Assembly (NCBI GenBank): GCA_031459935.1
Contig: JAVKHN010000005.1
Coordinates: 8,102 to 72,101 of the forward strand
From: Candidatus Sysuimicrobium calidum
GTDB taxonomy: Bacteria; Sysuimicrobiota; Sysuimicrobiia; Sysuimicrobiales; Sysuimicrobiaceae
DNA length: 64,000 nucleotides
Reading direction: 5' to 3'
Below the pieces are notes generated by a model. It worked only from the letters and a program-made list of their open reading frames with translations, had not been told where the DNA came from and did not search any database. How positions within the stretch are numbered: position 1 is the stretch's first letter; each line of letters starts with the position of its first letter. Both the position numbers and the translations under genes were made by a program. Shown here in pieces: positions 1 through 9,317 of this stretch.

Positions 1-622
1 CCGCCAGCAGCTGCACGAGCTCCTCCGTGGGATTCACAGAGGGCTGCTCCTGAACCCCCGTGCGTACACGCGCGGGAAGATCCTGCAGGGCGCCGGGAGG
101 TGCCTGGTACAGCGACGGGCCCACCACGGAGAGGGAGGTGGCCCGCACCACCCGCAACCGGCCCACTGCCTGACCCTCCACCACCACAGTTCCGTCGGGC
201 TGCACCGTAAAGGTCGCGCTCCCCACCCGGATGGGGCCTTCCCGCCCCTCCACCCGGATTCCCCGGAGGGTGAGATAGCCCTCCGCATCCACCCCGAGCC
301 TGCCGCTGCTCGCCAGCCGGCCGCCCTCGAGCACCACGAATCCCTCTCTCTCCACCGCGAGGTCCCAGGTGTCCCCCGTGGGCACCAGGACCCCGGGCCT
401 CGGATCCACCGCAGCCTGGGCCGGTGCTGGGTCTCCGGCGAGGGAGCCGAGCTCGGTTCCTGTGTCCCGGCGGTAGAGGGCCGCGTCTCGTCCGGGTCGC
501 ACCGCCACCACCAGCCGGTGGAACCCGGAGCTCTGCGTGTTGCTGAGGTTGTGGGCGATGAGATCCACCCGTACCTGCTCCGCGGTCATGCTGGAAGCCG
601 CGAACTGCAACACGCGCAGCAT
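1..622 (-). CDS. flagellar basal-body rod protein (FlgF/FlgG family), partial (C-terminus beyond window edge)
   Basis: Minus-strand translation from ATG ~620-622 (RBS GGAGGTG upstream) reads MLRVLQFAASSMTAEQVRVDLIAHNLSNTQSSGFHR..., matching the conserved rod-protein N-terminus (AASGM.AQQ..LDVIANNLANV.T.GFKR). It runs to ...SVNPTEELVQLL, the C-terminal rod motif. Not in the ORF track because it runs off the window. Confidence 0.6.
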   Translation of the reverse strand, partial: MLRVLQFAASSMTAEQVRVDLIAHNLSNTQSSGFHRLVVAVRPGRDAALYRRDTGTELGSLAGDPAPAQAAVDPRPGVLVPTGDTWDLAVEREGFVVLEGGRLASSGRLGVDAEGYLTLRGIRVEGREGPIRVGSATFTVQPDGTVVVEGQAVGRLRVVRATSLSVVGPSLYQAPPGALQDLPARVRTGVQEQPSVNPTEELVQLLA

Positions 623-683
623 GCACACCTCCCGGGCCGAGAGGATTCCGGTCTCCGGGCTTGCAACTTCGGTGCCGCAAAGG

Positions 684-1475
684 CTAGAGGGGGTAAGGCA
701 CCAGGATCAGCGTGGTGCGGCCTGGGATCCGGGTGACCGCCACCAGCCACAGCCCGAACGCCCGGGTGCGGCGGCGGCGGTCTCCCTGATCCAGGTACTC
801 CACCGCCTGGAGGAGTCGGGCCACCTCCTTGGGATCCACTGCCCCTCCCGTGACCTCGTTGAGGAAGGTGCCAAGCAGGCTCTCCTCCGAGACGGCCTGT
901 CGGGGGCCGGAGAGCATCCCGCCTCCCACGACGCCCTCCGCGCAGACCAGCAAAAGCCACAGCCCGCGCTCCGGCTGGGCGTAGCTCCGCAGCTCCAGCC
1001 CCTCCCAGGCCCGTTCCTCTGTGCGGATGGGGCCCGTGAACCGGAACCGGTAGCCCTGGATGAGGGAGCCCACCTCTATCCCCCCCACCTGGATCCGGCA
1101 GAAGGGAGGAGGAGTTTTCCGCGGGGGCCAGGCGCCCAGGGCCTGGAGGGCGTCTGTGAGCTCCCCGAGCAGCTCCGCGTGGACCGCGGGGGTCTCCAGA
1201 GGGGTGGTGACCGTCTGCCCCTGTCCCGGCAGCTCGGTGCGGATCCCTGCTTCTGCCCGGAACCGGTCGTAGGCCGCCCGCTGCGCGGGGTCGGAGAGCA
1301 CCCGGTAGGCCTCGTTGATGAGCTGGGCCATCCGCACGTCCCCGCCCAGATCCGGGTGGTGCCGCAGGTCCCGCATGAGCACGTGGTACACCTTCTGGAT
1401 CACCAGCGGGTGGGCCCGGGGGTGCACCTGCAGCACCTCGTAGTAGTCCACGTCCCTCCGGAACTCTGCCGCCAT
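684..1475 (-). CDS. J-domain (DnaJ-like) protein
   Basis: ORF 684..1505. DYYEVLQV...HPD motif of a J domain at the N-terminus. Likely start at MAAEFRRDVDYYEV (~1475). Confidence 0.65.
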   Translation of the reverse strand: MAAEFRRDVDYYEVLQVHPRAHPLVIQKVYHVLMRDLRHHPDLGGDVRMAQLINEAYRVLSDPAQRAAYDRFRAEAGIRTELPGQGQTVTTPLETPAVHAELLGELTDALQALGAWPPRKTPPPFCRIQVGGIEVGSLIQGYRFRFTGPIRTEERAWEGLELRSYAQPERGLWLLLVCAEGVVGGGMLSGPRQAVSEESLLGTFLNEVTGGAVDPKEVARLLQAVEYLDQGDRRRRTRAFGLWLVAVTRIPGRTTLILVPYPL

Positions 1476-1552
1476 CCCTTGCCAGGAATCCGCCGGAGGA
1501 AGCAAAATTCCTGCCAGCGGGAATCGTCGGCTCCGGCCCGGCGTTCCGGCAG

Positions 1553-2503
1553 GTGACCAGATCCATCCAGGAGGACCCCATGCGGAACGTGATCATCCTG
1601 GGGAGCGGGCCCGCAGGGCTCACCGCAGCCATCTACACGGCCCGCGCGAACCTGCAGCCCCTGGTGATCGAAGGGAGCACCCCCGGGGGACAGCTCATGC
1701 TCACCACGGAGGTGGAGAACTTCCCGGGCTTCGCGGATCCCATCCTGGGTCCGGAGCTCATGCAGCGGATGCACCAGCAGGCGGAGCGGGTGGGCGCGGA
1801 GTTCCTCTCGGACGACGCGGTGGCCGTGGACTTCTCCCGGCGGCCCTTTCGCATCACGGTGGGAAACGGAGAGACGTACCAAGCGCAGGCGGTGATCGTG
1901 GCCACGGGTGCCCGGCCCCGGATGCTGGGCCTTCCCTCGGAGCAGGAGTACCTGGGCCACGGGGTCTCCACCTGCGCCACCTGCGATGGCTATTTCTTCC
2001 GCGGCAAGCCCGTGCTGGTGGTGGGCGGTGGAGACACGGCCATGGAGGAGGCCCTGTACCTGGCGAACCTGGCGAGCTCCGTCACCGTGGTGCACCGTCG
2101 GGCGGAGCTCCGGGCCAGCAGGATCCTGCAGGACCGGGCCTTCCACAACCCGAAGATCTCCTTTCTCTGGAACCACGTGGTGGAGGAGATCCTGGGAGCC
2201 GGGGGACGTGTGACCGGTGCCCGGCTGCGCCACGTGCAGACGGGCGAGACGCGGGTGGTGGAGGCGGAGGGGATCTTCGTGGCCATCGGCCACATCCCCA
2301 ACACGGACCTGTTCCGGGGCCAGCTGGAGCTCGATGAGGCGGGCTACATCGTGCTCAAGCGGGGCATGATGACCAGCGTGGAAGGGGTGTTCGCCGCGGG
2401 AGACGTGCACGACCGGACCTACCGGCAGGCGGTGACGGCCGCGGGCTACGGATGCCAGGCGGCCATCGAGGTGGAGCGCTGGCTGAGCGCTCAGACAGGG
2501 TGA
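1553..2503 (+). CDS. trxB: thioredoxin-disulfide reductase
   Basis: GSGPAG FAD motif, CATC redox-active dithiol, second GGGD NADPH motif, 316 aa. True start may be the internal MRNVIILG (~1580). Confidence 0.9.
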   Translation: MTRSIQEDPMRNVIILGSGPAGLTAAIYTARANLQPLVIEGSTPGGQLMLTTEVENFPGFADPILGPELMQRMHQQAERVGAEFLSDDAVAVDFSRRPFRITVGNGETYQAQAVIVATGARPRMLGLPSEQEYLGHGVSTCATCDGYFFRGKPVLVVGGGDTAMEEALYLANLASSVTVVHRRAELRASRILQDRAFHNPKISFLWNHVVEEILGAGGRVTGARLRHVQTGETRVVEAEGIFVAIGHIPNTDLFRGQLELDEAGYIVLKRGMMTSVEGVFAAGDVHDRTYRQAVTAAGYGCQAAIEVERWLSAQTG

Positions 2504-2531
2504 GGCCGAAACTCGGTCGAGGAGGCGCGGC

Positions 2532-2840
2532 ATGCAGACGGAACCTCGGGGGTTCTTCGAGGCCCTCTTCGATTTTTCGTTTACCTCCCTGGTCACCACC
2601 CGACTCGTACGGGTCCTCTACATCCTCACCGTGATCCTCACGGGCATCTGGAGCCTGTTCTTCCTCCTGGCGGGCCTGGCCCGGGGCGGAGGAGCAGGGC
2701 TCGTGAGCCTCGTGCTGGCCCTCCTTGGGTTCCTGGTGGCGGTGACCTATACCCGGGTACTCCTGGACGTGCTCGTGGTGATCTTCCGCATCCACGAGCA
2801 CGTCCAGGAGCTTGTCTCCCGCAGCCGCGCGGGTCAGTAG
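2532..2840 (+). CDS. small membrane protein (DUF4282-like)
   Basis: 102 aa with two hydrophobic helices (ILTVILTGIWSLFFLLAGL..., LVSLVLALLGFLVAV). Sits between trxB and trxA. Confidence 0.45.
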   Translation: MQTEPRGFFEALFDFSFTSLVTTRLVRVLYILTVILTGIWSLFFLLAGLARGGGAGLVSLVLALLGFLVAVTYTRVLLDVLVVIFRIHEHVQELVSRSRAGQ

Positions 2841-2844
2841 ACGC

Positions 2845-3189
2845 CTACACCGCGGCTCCCACCGCGGCCTCGATGCGCCGCCGCAGCTCCGCTTTGGGCA
2901 TGTAACCGATGAGTCGGCCGACCATCTCCCCGCTCCGGAAGATGCCCAGGGTTGGGATGGACATCACGTTGTACCGGATGGCCAGGTTCGGGTTGCGGTC
3001 CACATCCACCTTTGCGAACTTGATGCGGCCCTCGTACTCCGCCGCGAGCTCCTCCACGATGGGCGCGATCATGCGGCAGGGCCCACACCACACCGCCCAG
3101 AAGTCCACCACCACGGGGATCTCCGACTGCAGCACTTCCTGCTCGAAGGTCGCCTCCGTGACCTCCACCGGCTTTGCGGCCATGCGCAT
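2845..3189 (-). CDS. trxA: thioredoxin
   Basis: WCGPC active site and thioredoxin fold motifs (VDFWAVWCGPCRMIAP, NVMSIPTL). 114 aa. Confidence 0.9.
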   Translation of the reverse strand: MRMAAKPVEVTEATFEQEVLQSEIPVVVDFWAVWCGPCRMIAPIVEELAAEYEGRIKFAKVDVDRNPNLAIRYNVMSIPTLGIFRSGEMVGRLIGYMPKAELRRRIEAAVGAAV

Positions 3190-3297
3190 ACCCTCCTGTG
3201 CGTGGTTCTACGGCAGAGAACGCGGGTTCCGACGGAAGAATTCCTCCGCGGCGGACCCGTGTCGGCTTTCTATCGTACCATAGGGCCGGAGGCCCGG

Positions 3298-4413
3298 ATG
3301 GGCGGATCCATTCGGCTCGGGAAGATCCTGGGGATCACCGTTCAGGTGCACTACACTTGGTTCGTGGCCCTCTGGGCCCTCTCCTTCTCCCTGGCCCGGG
3401 GGGTCTTCCCTGAGCGGCTTCCGGGGCTACCGCCGGAGACGTACTGGGCCATGGGCGTGGTGGGCGCGGTGCTGCTGTTTAGCTCCGTGCTGGTGCACGA
3501 ACTCGGACACGCCTTCGTGGCCCGGCTCTACCAGATCCCCACCCGCAGCATCACCCTCTTCCTCTTCGGCGGGGTGGCCCACATCGCCCGAGAGCCGGAG
3601 CGGCCCGGGCACGAGTTCTGGGTGGCCATCGCGGGTCCGGTCACCTCCCTGGGCCTCGCTGGAGTCTTCTGGGTCCTCACTCCCCGTGGGGAGCCTGTAC
3701 CCGCCACCGCCCTCATGGGTTACCTCGCGTGGGCCAATCTCCTGCTCGCGGCCTTCAACCTGCTCCCCGCTTTTCCTCTGGACGGCGGGCGGGTGCTGCG
3801 GGCGGCTCTGTGGGCCTTCTATGGGTACGAGCGGGCCACGAGGATCGTCACCCTCCTGGGGCAGGTCACCGCGGGTGCCTTCCTCCTCCTCGGCGTGGTG
3901 GGCGTGTTCACGGGCCGTGTGCTGAACGGGCTATGGCTCATCCTCATCGGGTGGTTCCTGGAGCAGGCGGCCTCCGCCTCCTACCAGCAGGCGGTCCTGC
4001 GGCGGATCCTGGGCGGGATCCGGGTGGCGGACATCATGACCCGGGAGGTGCGGGTGATGCCCGCGGGACTTACCCTGGAGGAGGCGGTGCACGACTACTT
4101 CCTCCCCCACAAGCACGGCGGGTACCCGGTGGTGTACGGGGACCGGCTGGTGGGCATCCTCACCCTGCACGACCTCCGGCGGGTGCCCCGGGAGCGGTGG
4201 CGGGAGGTCCAGGTGCGGGAGGCCATGACGCCCATCGCGCAGGCGAAGGCGGTGCGGCCGGAGCTCAGCGCCTACGAGGCCCTGGCCCGTATGCTGCAGG
4301 ACGGGGTGGGACGGCTCCTGGTGGTGGATGAGGAGGGGGAGCTGGTGGGGCTGGTGACCCGCAGCGACCTCCTGCACCTCATCCGGGTGCGCGCGGAGCT
4401 GGGCGCGGACTAG
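3298..4413 (+). CDS. site-2 protease family (M50) metalloprotease with tandem CBS domains
   Basis: Real gene is the C-terminal part of ORF 2812..4413, starting MGGSIRLGKILGITVQVHYTWF. HELGH zinc motif, multiple TM helices, LLPAFPLDGGRVL motif, then two CBS domains. The N-terminal part of the ORF overlaps trxA antisense and is spurious. Confidence 0.8.
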   Translation: MGGSIRLGKILGITVQVHYTWFVALWALSFSLARGVFPERLPGLPPETYWAMGVVGAVLLFSSVLVHELGHAFVARLYQIPTRSITLFLFGGVAHIAREPERPGHEFWVAIAGPVTSLGLAGVFWVLTPRGEPVPATALMGYLAWANLLLAAFNLLPAFPLDGGRVLRAALWAFYGYERATRIVTLLGQVTAGAFLLLGVVGVFTGRVLNGLWLILIGWFLEQAASASYQQAVLRRILGGIRVADIMTREVRVMPAGLTLEEAVHDYFLPHKHGGYPVVYGDRLVGILTLHDLRRVPRERWREVQVREAMTPIAQAKAVRPELSAYEALARMLQDGVGRLLVVDEEGELVGLVTRSDLLHLIRVRAELGAD

Positions 4414-4919
4414 CCCATGGCCCGTCGGCCCAGGAGGGCCAGCACGGCCAGGAGCAGCAAGGGGAGGCAGCCTGTGCGGCCCTCCTGGGCCTGCGCGCGG
4501 GCCATGAGGCGGGTGGCTTGCTTCATGTGCCGCACGAAGGCCCCGTAGTCCCCCAGCCGCCGGTAGAGGGCCGCGAGGTTCTGGTGGGCGATCCAGTACT
4601 CGGGGTCCACCTCCAGGGCCTTCCGGTAGGCCTGCAGGGCCTCCTCCAGGCGTCCCTGCTCGTGGTAGGCGGCCCCCAGATTGGTGTAGGCGGGTGCGTA
4701 GCGGGGATCCAGCTCGATGGCACGGCGCAGGATCGCCACAGCTTCCTCGTAGCGCCCCTGTCGCGCGAGCGCCGCGCCCAGCTTGCTGTGCGCCCGGGCG
4801 GAGCGGGGTTCGCGTGCCGCCGCCTCCCGCAGGAGCGCCTCCGCCTCCGAAAACTCCCCTGCCTCCAGGAGCCGCTCCCCTCGGGCCAGGAGTGCCTCGA
4901 ACCCCGTCTCTTCGCCCAT
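4410..4919 (-). CDS. TPR-repeat protein with C-terminal membrane anchor
   Basis: Internal start MGEETGFEALL. Four or five TPR units (AHSKLGAALARQGRYEEAVAILRRAIELDP...). C-terminal hydrophobic LPLLLLAVLALLG. Last gene of the serine operon. Confidence 0.6.
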   Translation of the reverse strand: MGEETGFEALLARGERLLEAGEFSEAEALLREAAAREPRSARAHSKLGAALARQGRYEEAVAILRRAIELDPRYAPAYTNLGAAYHEQGRLEEALQAYRKALEVDPEYWIAHQNLAALYRRLGDYGAFVRHMKQATRLMARAQAQEGRTGCLPLLLLAVLALLGRRAMG

Positions 4920-4926
4920 ACGGCCT

Positions 4927-6195
4927 TCAGCGTACGGGGTGCAGGGCCTCCACCCCCACATACGGCACCAGGACCTCCGGGACCCGGACGCTTCCGTCCG
5001 GCTGCTGGTAGTTCTCCAGGACGGCAAGCAGGGCCCGGGTCATGGCGAGGGCGGTGCCGTTGAGGGTGTGCACGTAATCCGTGCGACCTCCCTCCCGGAA
5101 CCGGATGTTAAGTCTGCGGGCCTGAAAGTCCGTACAGTTGCTGCAGGAATGGGTCTCCCCGTAGTCCCCGCGGCCCGGCATCCACACCTCCAGGTCGTAC
5201 TTCTTCGCCGCGGGATCGCCGAGATCCCCACCGCAGATGAGGACCACCCGGTAAGGAAGCCCCAGCCGCTGCACTAGGCGCTCCTCGAGGCCCACCAGGT
5301 ACTCGTGCTCCTCCCAGGACCGGTCGGGGTGCGCGAACGAGACCATCTCCACCTTGTCGAACTGGTGGACCCGATAGAGTCCCCGGCTCTCCCGGCCGTA
5401 CGTGCCCGCCTCCCGGCGATAGCAGGTGGAGATCCCCACGTACCGGAGGGGGAGCTGCCCTGCATCCAGCACCTCGTCCATGTGCATGGCCACGAGCGGG
5501 TGCTCCGAAGTACCGATGAGGCACAGGTCGTCCTGCGCTACCCGGTAGACCATCTGCTCATCCAGCTCCGCCCCGCCCATAGCGCCCAGCACCACCCTGG
5601 ACCGCACGAGGGTGGGCGGGTAGACGGGCACAAATCCCTCCTCCAGGAGGAAATCCACGGCGAATCGGGTGAGGGCGAGCTGCAGCCGTACCCCCTCTCC
5701 CCGGAGGAAGTAGAAGCGGGTGCCGCTCGTGGAGGCTGCCCGCTCGAAGTCCAGGATCCCGAGTCCGAGGCCGAGCTCGATGTGGTCTTTGGGGGGGAAG
5801 TCAAACCGGGGCTTGGCTCCCCAGTACCGGACCGGTACGTTGTCGCGCTCGTCTGTGCCCGCGGGGACCGAGGGGTGAGGCGGATTGGGGAGCTGCAGCA
5901 GCAGCCGGTCCAGCTCCTCCCGCCTCGCCCGCGTCTCCTGTTCCGTCTCGCGGATGGCGGTCGCAAGCTCCCGCAGCTGCTGGATACGGCGCTGCTTCTC
6001 CTCCCCCCTGAGCCGCGGGACCTCCTCGCTCAGCCGGTTCTGCTGGGCCCGCAGCTCGTCCAGGCGGTGCTGGGAGGCGCGCCACGCCCGATCCGCCTCC
6101 AGCACCCGGTCCACAAGGCCTGGATCCCGATTCTTGTGCCGCAGCGCCCACCGGAAGAACTCCGGGTCCTCCCGCAGTTTTCGGAGGTCGATCAT
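4927..6195 (-). CDS. serS: seryl-tRNA synthetase
   Basis: 422 aa. N-terminal coiled-coil arm, class II motifs (FYFLRGEG, GISTCYRREAG, TLNGTALA). Confidence 0.95.
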   Translation of the reverse strand: MIDLRKLREDPEFFRWALRHKNRDPGLVDRVLEADRAWRASQHRLDELRAQQNRLSEEVPRLRGEEKQRRIQQLRELATAIRETEQETRARREELDRLLLQLPNPPHPSVPAGTDERDNVPVRYWGAKPRFDFPPKDHIELGLGLGILDFERAASTSGTRFYFLRGEGVRLQLALTRFAVDFLLEEGFVPVYPPTLVRSRVVLGAMGGAELDEQMVYRVAQDDLCLIGTSEHPLVAMHMDEVLDAGQLPLRYVGISTCYRREAGTYGRESRGLYRVHQFDKVEMVSFAHPDRSWEEHEYLVGLEERLVQRLGLPYRVVLICGGDLGDPAAKKYDLEVWMPGRGDYGETHSCSNCTDFQARRLNIRFREGGRTDYVHTLNGTALAMTRALLAVLENYQQPDGSVRVPEVLVPYVGVEALHPVR

Positions 6196-6204
6196 GACGC
6201 CTCC

Positions 6205-7791
6205 TCACAGCTGCACGGGCTGGACGCCGTAGATGCCATCCACCCGCCGGATCTCCTCCACCGCCTCCGGGGGTGTGGGCTGGTCCGTGGTGAGCACCAT
6301 CACCGCCACCCCGCCCGGTGCGGCCCGACCCAGGTACATCCCCGCGATGTTCACCGCGTGCCGGCCCAGGATGGTGCCCACCCTGCCGATCATGCCGGGG
6401 CGATCCAGGTTCCACACGAAGAGCATGTGGGGTGCGGGTGCGAGATCGATGGTTTGCTCGTTGATGCGCACGATGCGGGGCTCCCGCCGGCCGAACAGGG
6501 TTCCACCCAGCACCCAGGTCCCCTCGTCCGTGTGGGTGGTGGCCAGCATGAGGCTGCTGAAATCCTCCGCCTGTTCCTGCCGTACCTCCACCACCCGCAG
6601 CCCCCGTTCGGAGGCCACCACGTGGGCGTTCACCAGGTTCACGGTACGCTCCACCACCCCTTCGAGCAGCCCCACGAGGAAGGAGGCGCTTAACAGCTGC
6701 CCCTCCACACGGCTCAGCTCCCCCTCCAGCCGCACCTCCACGGAACGGATGCGGCCCCGGGCGAGCTGACGGCTGAGCCCGCCCAGGATGCGGGCGAGCT
6801 CCAGGTGCGGGGCGACGCGCTCCCACGACTCCACGCGATACGCGGCCACGTTCACCGCACCCCGGGGCAGCCGGCCTGCCAGGGCCTCCAGCACCTGCTC
6901 TGCCACCTCCAACCCGATGGCCTCTTGCGCCTCCCGGGTGGAGGCTCCCAGGTGGGGAGTCGCCACCACCCGGGGGTGCCGCACCAGGCGCAGGTCCAGG
7001 GGCGGTTCCATCTCGAAGACGTCCAGGGCCGCGCCCGCCACGTGCCCCTCCTCGAGGGCGCCCAAAAGCGCCTCCTCGTCCACGAGTCCCCCCCGGGCGC
7101 AGTTCACGATGCGTACCCCGCGCTTTGCCTTGCGCAATGCCTCTGCGTTGAGCATTCCGCGGGTCTGTGGGTTGAGGGGGACGTGAAGGGTTATGAAGTC
7201 GGACTCCCGCAGGAGGATCTCGAACGGGACCAGGGTCACGCCCAGCTGGGCCGCCCGGTCGTCGCTGAGGTACGGGTCGTGGGCGATGACGCGCATGCCG
7301 AAGGCCTGGGCACGCCGGGCCACCTCGCTCCCGATGCGGCCAAGCCCCACGATGCCCAGGGTTTTCCCGTACAGCTCGGTCCCCACGAACCGCTCCCGCG
7401 CCCACTCCCCCTCCCGAAGGGCCGCGTTGGCCTGCGGGATGTTCCGGCACAGGGCCAGGAGGAGGGCCAGGGTGTGCTCCGCGGTGGCCCGCACGCTGGC
7501 CTCCGGGGTGTTCAGCACCAGCACGCCCGCCCGGGTGGCCGCCTCCACGTCCACGTTGTCGGTGCCCACACCGGCCCGCGCCACCACCCGCAGCCGGTCC
7601 GCGGCCTGGAAGACGGAGGCGGTGACCCGGGTCTGGCTGCGCACGATGAGGGCGTCCACGCCCCGGATGCGTTCCCGCAGGGCCGCCTCATCGAGGCTCC
7701 GGTGCACCTCCACCTCCGCAGCCTCCCGCAGCCTGCGGAGGCCTACCTCGCTGAGGCCATCCGCCACCAGGATCCTCGGCCGCGCCTCCAC
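6205..7791 (-). CDS. serA: D-3-phosphoglycerate dehydrogenase (with ASB and ACT domains)
   Basis: C-terminal ~528 aa of the 975-aa ORF 6205..9132. GTG start (VEARPRILVADGLSE) 2 nt after the upstream gene's stop. GLGRIGSEVA NAD motif, catalytic R/E/H, C-terminal ACT domain. Upstream part of the ORF is G/R/P-rich read-through in another frame of the aminotransferase. Confidence 0.85.
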   Translation of the reverse strand: MEARPRILVADGLSEVGLRRLREAAEVEVHRSLDEAALRERIRGVDALIVRSQTRVTASVFQAADRLRVVARAGVGTDNVDVEAATRAGVLVLNTPEASVRATAEHTLALLLALCRNIPQANAALREGEWARERFVGTELYGKTLGIVGLGRIGSEVARRAQAFGMRVIAHDPYLSDDRAAQLGVTLVPFEILLRESDFITLHVPLNPQTRGMLNAEALRKAKRGVRIVNCARGGLVDEEALLGALEEGHVAGAALDVFEMEPPLDLRLVRHPRVVATPHLGASTREAQEAIGLEVAEQVLEALAGRLPRGAVNVAAYRVESWERVAPHLELARILGGLSRQLARGRIRSVEVRLEGELSRVEGQLLSASFLVGLLEGVVERTVNLVNAHVVASERGLRVVEVRQEQAEDFSSLMLATTHTDEGTWVLGGTLFGRREPRIVRINEQTIDLAPAPHMLFVWNLDRPGMIGRVGTILGRHAVNIAGMYLGRAAPGGVAVMVLTTDQPTPPEAVEEIRRVDGIYGVQPVQL

Positions 7792-7793
7792 GG

Positions 7794-8945
7794 CTAGACC
7801 GCCGCCTCCTGCAGGGCCTCCTCCACGGCCCGCACGCCCGCCCCGCGCGCAACCGGCACGCCGAGGAGGGCGAGCACATCCTCCAGAGCTTCCATGCACC
7901 GGAGGACGTCCTCCGGCCGCACGTGCCCCAGATGTCCGATCCGGAAGATCCTGCCGCTGAGCTTCCCCTGGCCACCTGCCAGCACGATGCGGTGGCGCTC
8001 GTACATGGCGTCCACCAGGGCCCGGACGCTCGTGCCCTCCGGAGCCCACACCGCGGTGACCGCGCTGCTGGCATGGGTGCCATCCCCCACGGGCCGCAAT
8101 CCCAGCGCCTCCACCCCGGCCCGCACCGCCCGTGCGAGTCGTCGGTGGCGGGCGAAGCTGGCTTCCAGCCCTTCCTCCCGCAGCAACCGCAGTCCCTCCC
8201 GGAGGGCGTAGAAGATGGAGATGGCAGGGGTAAAGGGTGTCTCCGGGACCTCCCGCTCCAGGGAGGCCCGAAGCAGGGTGAAGTCCCAGTAGAAGCGGGG
8301 CATGCGGGCGGCCCGGTGGGCCTCCCACGCCCGGTCGCCCGCGGCCACGAAGCCCACCCCAGGGGGGCAGCCGAGGGCCTTCTGGCTGGCGGCCACCACC
8401 ACGTCCAGGCCCCAGAGATCCATCTCCAGGGGCATGGCACCCAGGGAGGAGACCGCGTCCACCAGCAGCAGCGCCGGGTGGTCCCCCCGCGCCCGGGCGA
8501 TGGCCTCGAGGTCGTTGGCGATGCCCGTACTGGTCTCGTTGTGGGTCACCAGCACCGCGCGAACGTCCGGGTTGCGGCGCAGCTGCTCTGCCACCAGCTC
8601 CGGCGGAACCGCATTCCCCCACTCCACCTCGACCCGGATGACGCGGGCCCCGTAGACCTCCGCGATCCGCGCAAACCGCTCGCCGAAGGCCCCGCACACC
8701 AGGGCGAGCACGGGATCCCCGGGGGAGAGGGTGTTCACCACCGCGGCCTCCAGCATCCCGGTCCCGGAGGAGACGTAGGGGAGCACCGGGGCGCCCGTGC
8801 GGTACACCCACCGCATCCCCTCCAGCACCTCCCGGAGGACCCGGGCGAAGGCCGCGCTCCGGTGGTTCACCATGGGGCGGGCAGAGGCCTCCCGCACGGA
8901 TGGCGGGACCGGGGTGGGCCCCGGGATTAGCAGCAGATCCTCCAT
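7794..8945 (-). CDS. class V aminotransferase (SerC-like phosphoserine/serine-pyruvate aminotransferase)
   Basis: ORF 7794..9134, real start MEDLLLIPGPTPVPP at ~8945 (RBS GGGAGGA). PLP-lysine region VVVAASQKALG. Immediately upstream of serA. Confidence 0.8.
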   Translation of the reverse strand: MEDLLLIPGPTPVPPSVREASARPMVNHRSAAFARVLREVLEGMRWVYRTGAPVLPYVSSGTGMLEAAVVNTLSPGDPVLALVCGAFGERFARIAEVYGARVIRVEVEWGNAVPPELVAEQLRRNPDVRAVLVTHNETSTGIANDLEAIARARGDHPALLLVDAVSSLGAMPLEMDLWGLDVVVAASQKALGCPPGVGFVAAGDRAWEAHRAARMPRFYWDFTLLRASLEREVPETPFTPAISIFYALREGLRLLREEGLEASFARHRRLARAVRAGVEALGLRPVGDGTHASSAVTAVWAPEGTSVRALVDAMYERHRIVLAGGQGKLSGRIFRIGHLGHVRPEDVLRCMEALEDVLALLGVPVARGAGVRAVEEALQEAAV

Positions 8946-8949
8946 GGCA

Positions 8950-9310
8950 TCCTCCCGACCAAAAATCAAAAATCCTCCACGCCTGCCAGAGACGGGAGGA
9001 GCATCCCGCGGTGCCACTCTGCTTCCGGCGCACCCGCGCCGGCCCTCGATCCGCAGTATCGGGCGCTCCCGGCGGCCTTTCGCCGCAACAACGGCCTCGG
9101 CCGCGGCTCCGGAGCTGGAGGGCACCACGCACACCGGCCGGATCTCACCCCTCCCGGCTCGCTGGACCCTGGCACGCGCGGCGCGGGCTCCGTCCTCGCC
9201 GACTGCCCCGAGCTCGGGGCCTCCCTACGGTACGATAGAGCCAACTGCCCCAGCCGTCAAATGCCCAGCTCTCTCCGGACGCGGTTTCACAACCTGCAGA
9301 GTCGTGGTTC
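8950..9310 (-). promoter_or_regulatory. T-box riboswitch leader (tRNA-sensing antitermination element) upstream of aminotransferase-serA-serS operon
   Basis: On the minus strand the ~370-nt non-coding leader contains AGAGUGGCACCGCGGGA (T-box consensus AGGGUGGNACCGCGGG) at ~9005-9020. It is followed by terminator hairpin UCCUCCCGUCUCUGGCAGGCGUGGAGGA (~8973-9000) and U-tract UUUUUGAUUUUU (~8961-8972), then RBS GGGAGGA and ATG at 8945. The 3' half of the T-box (CGCGGGA) can alternatively pair with UCCUCCCG, which is the antiterminator/terminator switch. Confidence 0.6.
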
Positions 9311-9317
9311 CCCGGCC

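Noticed and set aside
586-2599. Long minus-strand ORFs 586..1632 and 1400..2599 (348 and 399 aa)
   Set aside because: P/G/R-rich low-complexity translations antisense to the J-domain gene and trxB. No domain signatures.
2812-3297. N-terminal 160 aa of ORF 2812..4413
   Set aside because: Antisense to the trxA coding region and His/Arg-rich. The M50 protease starts at the internal ATG ~3298 with a plausible signal-less N-terminus.
6205-9132. 975-aa ORF suggesting a giant multidomain protein
   Set aside because: Only the C-terminal ~528 aa (GTG start ~7791) is SerA. The upstream 447 codons are G/R/P-rich, lack a start context, and overlap the well-supported aminotransferase gene in another frame. 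It is read-through typical of 70% GC DNA.
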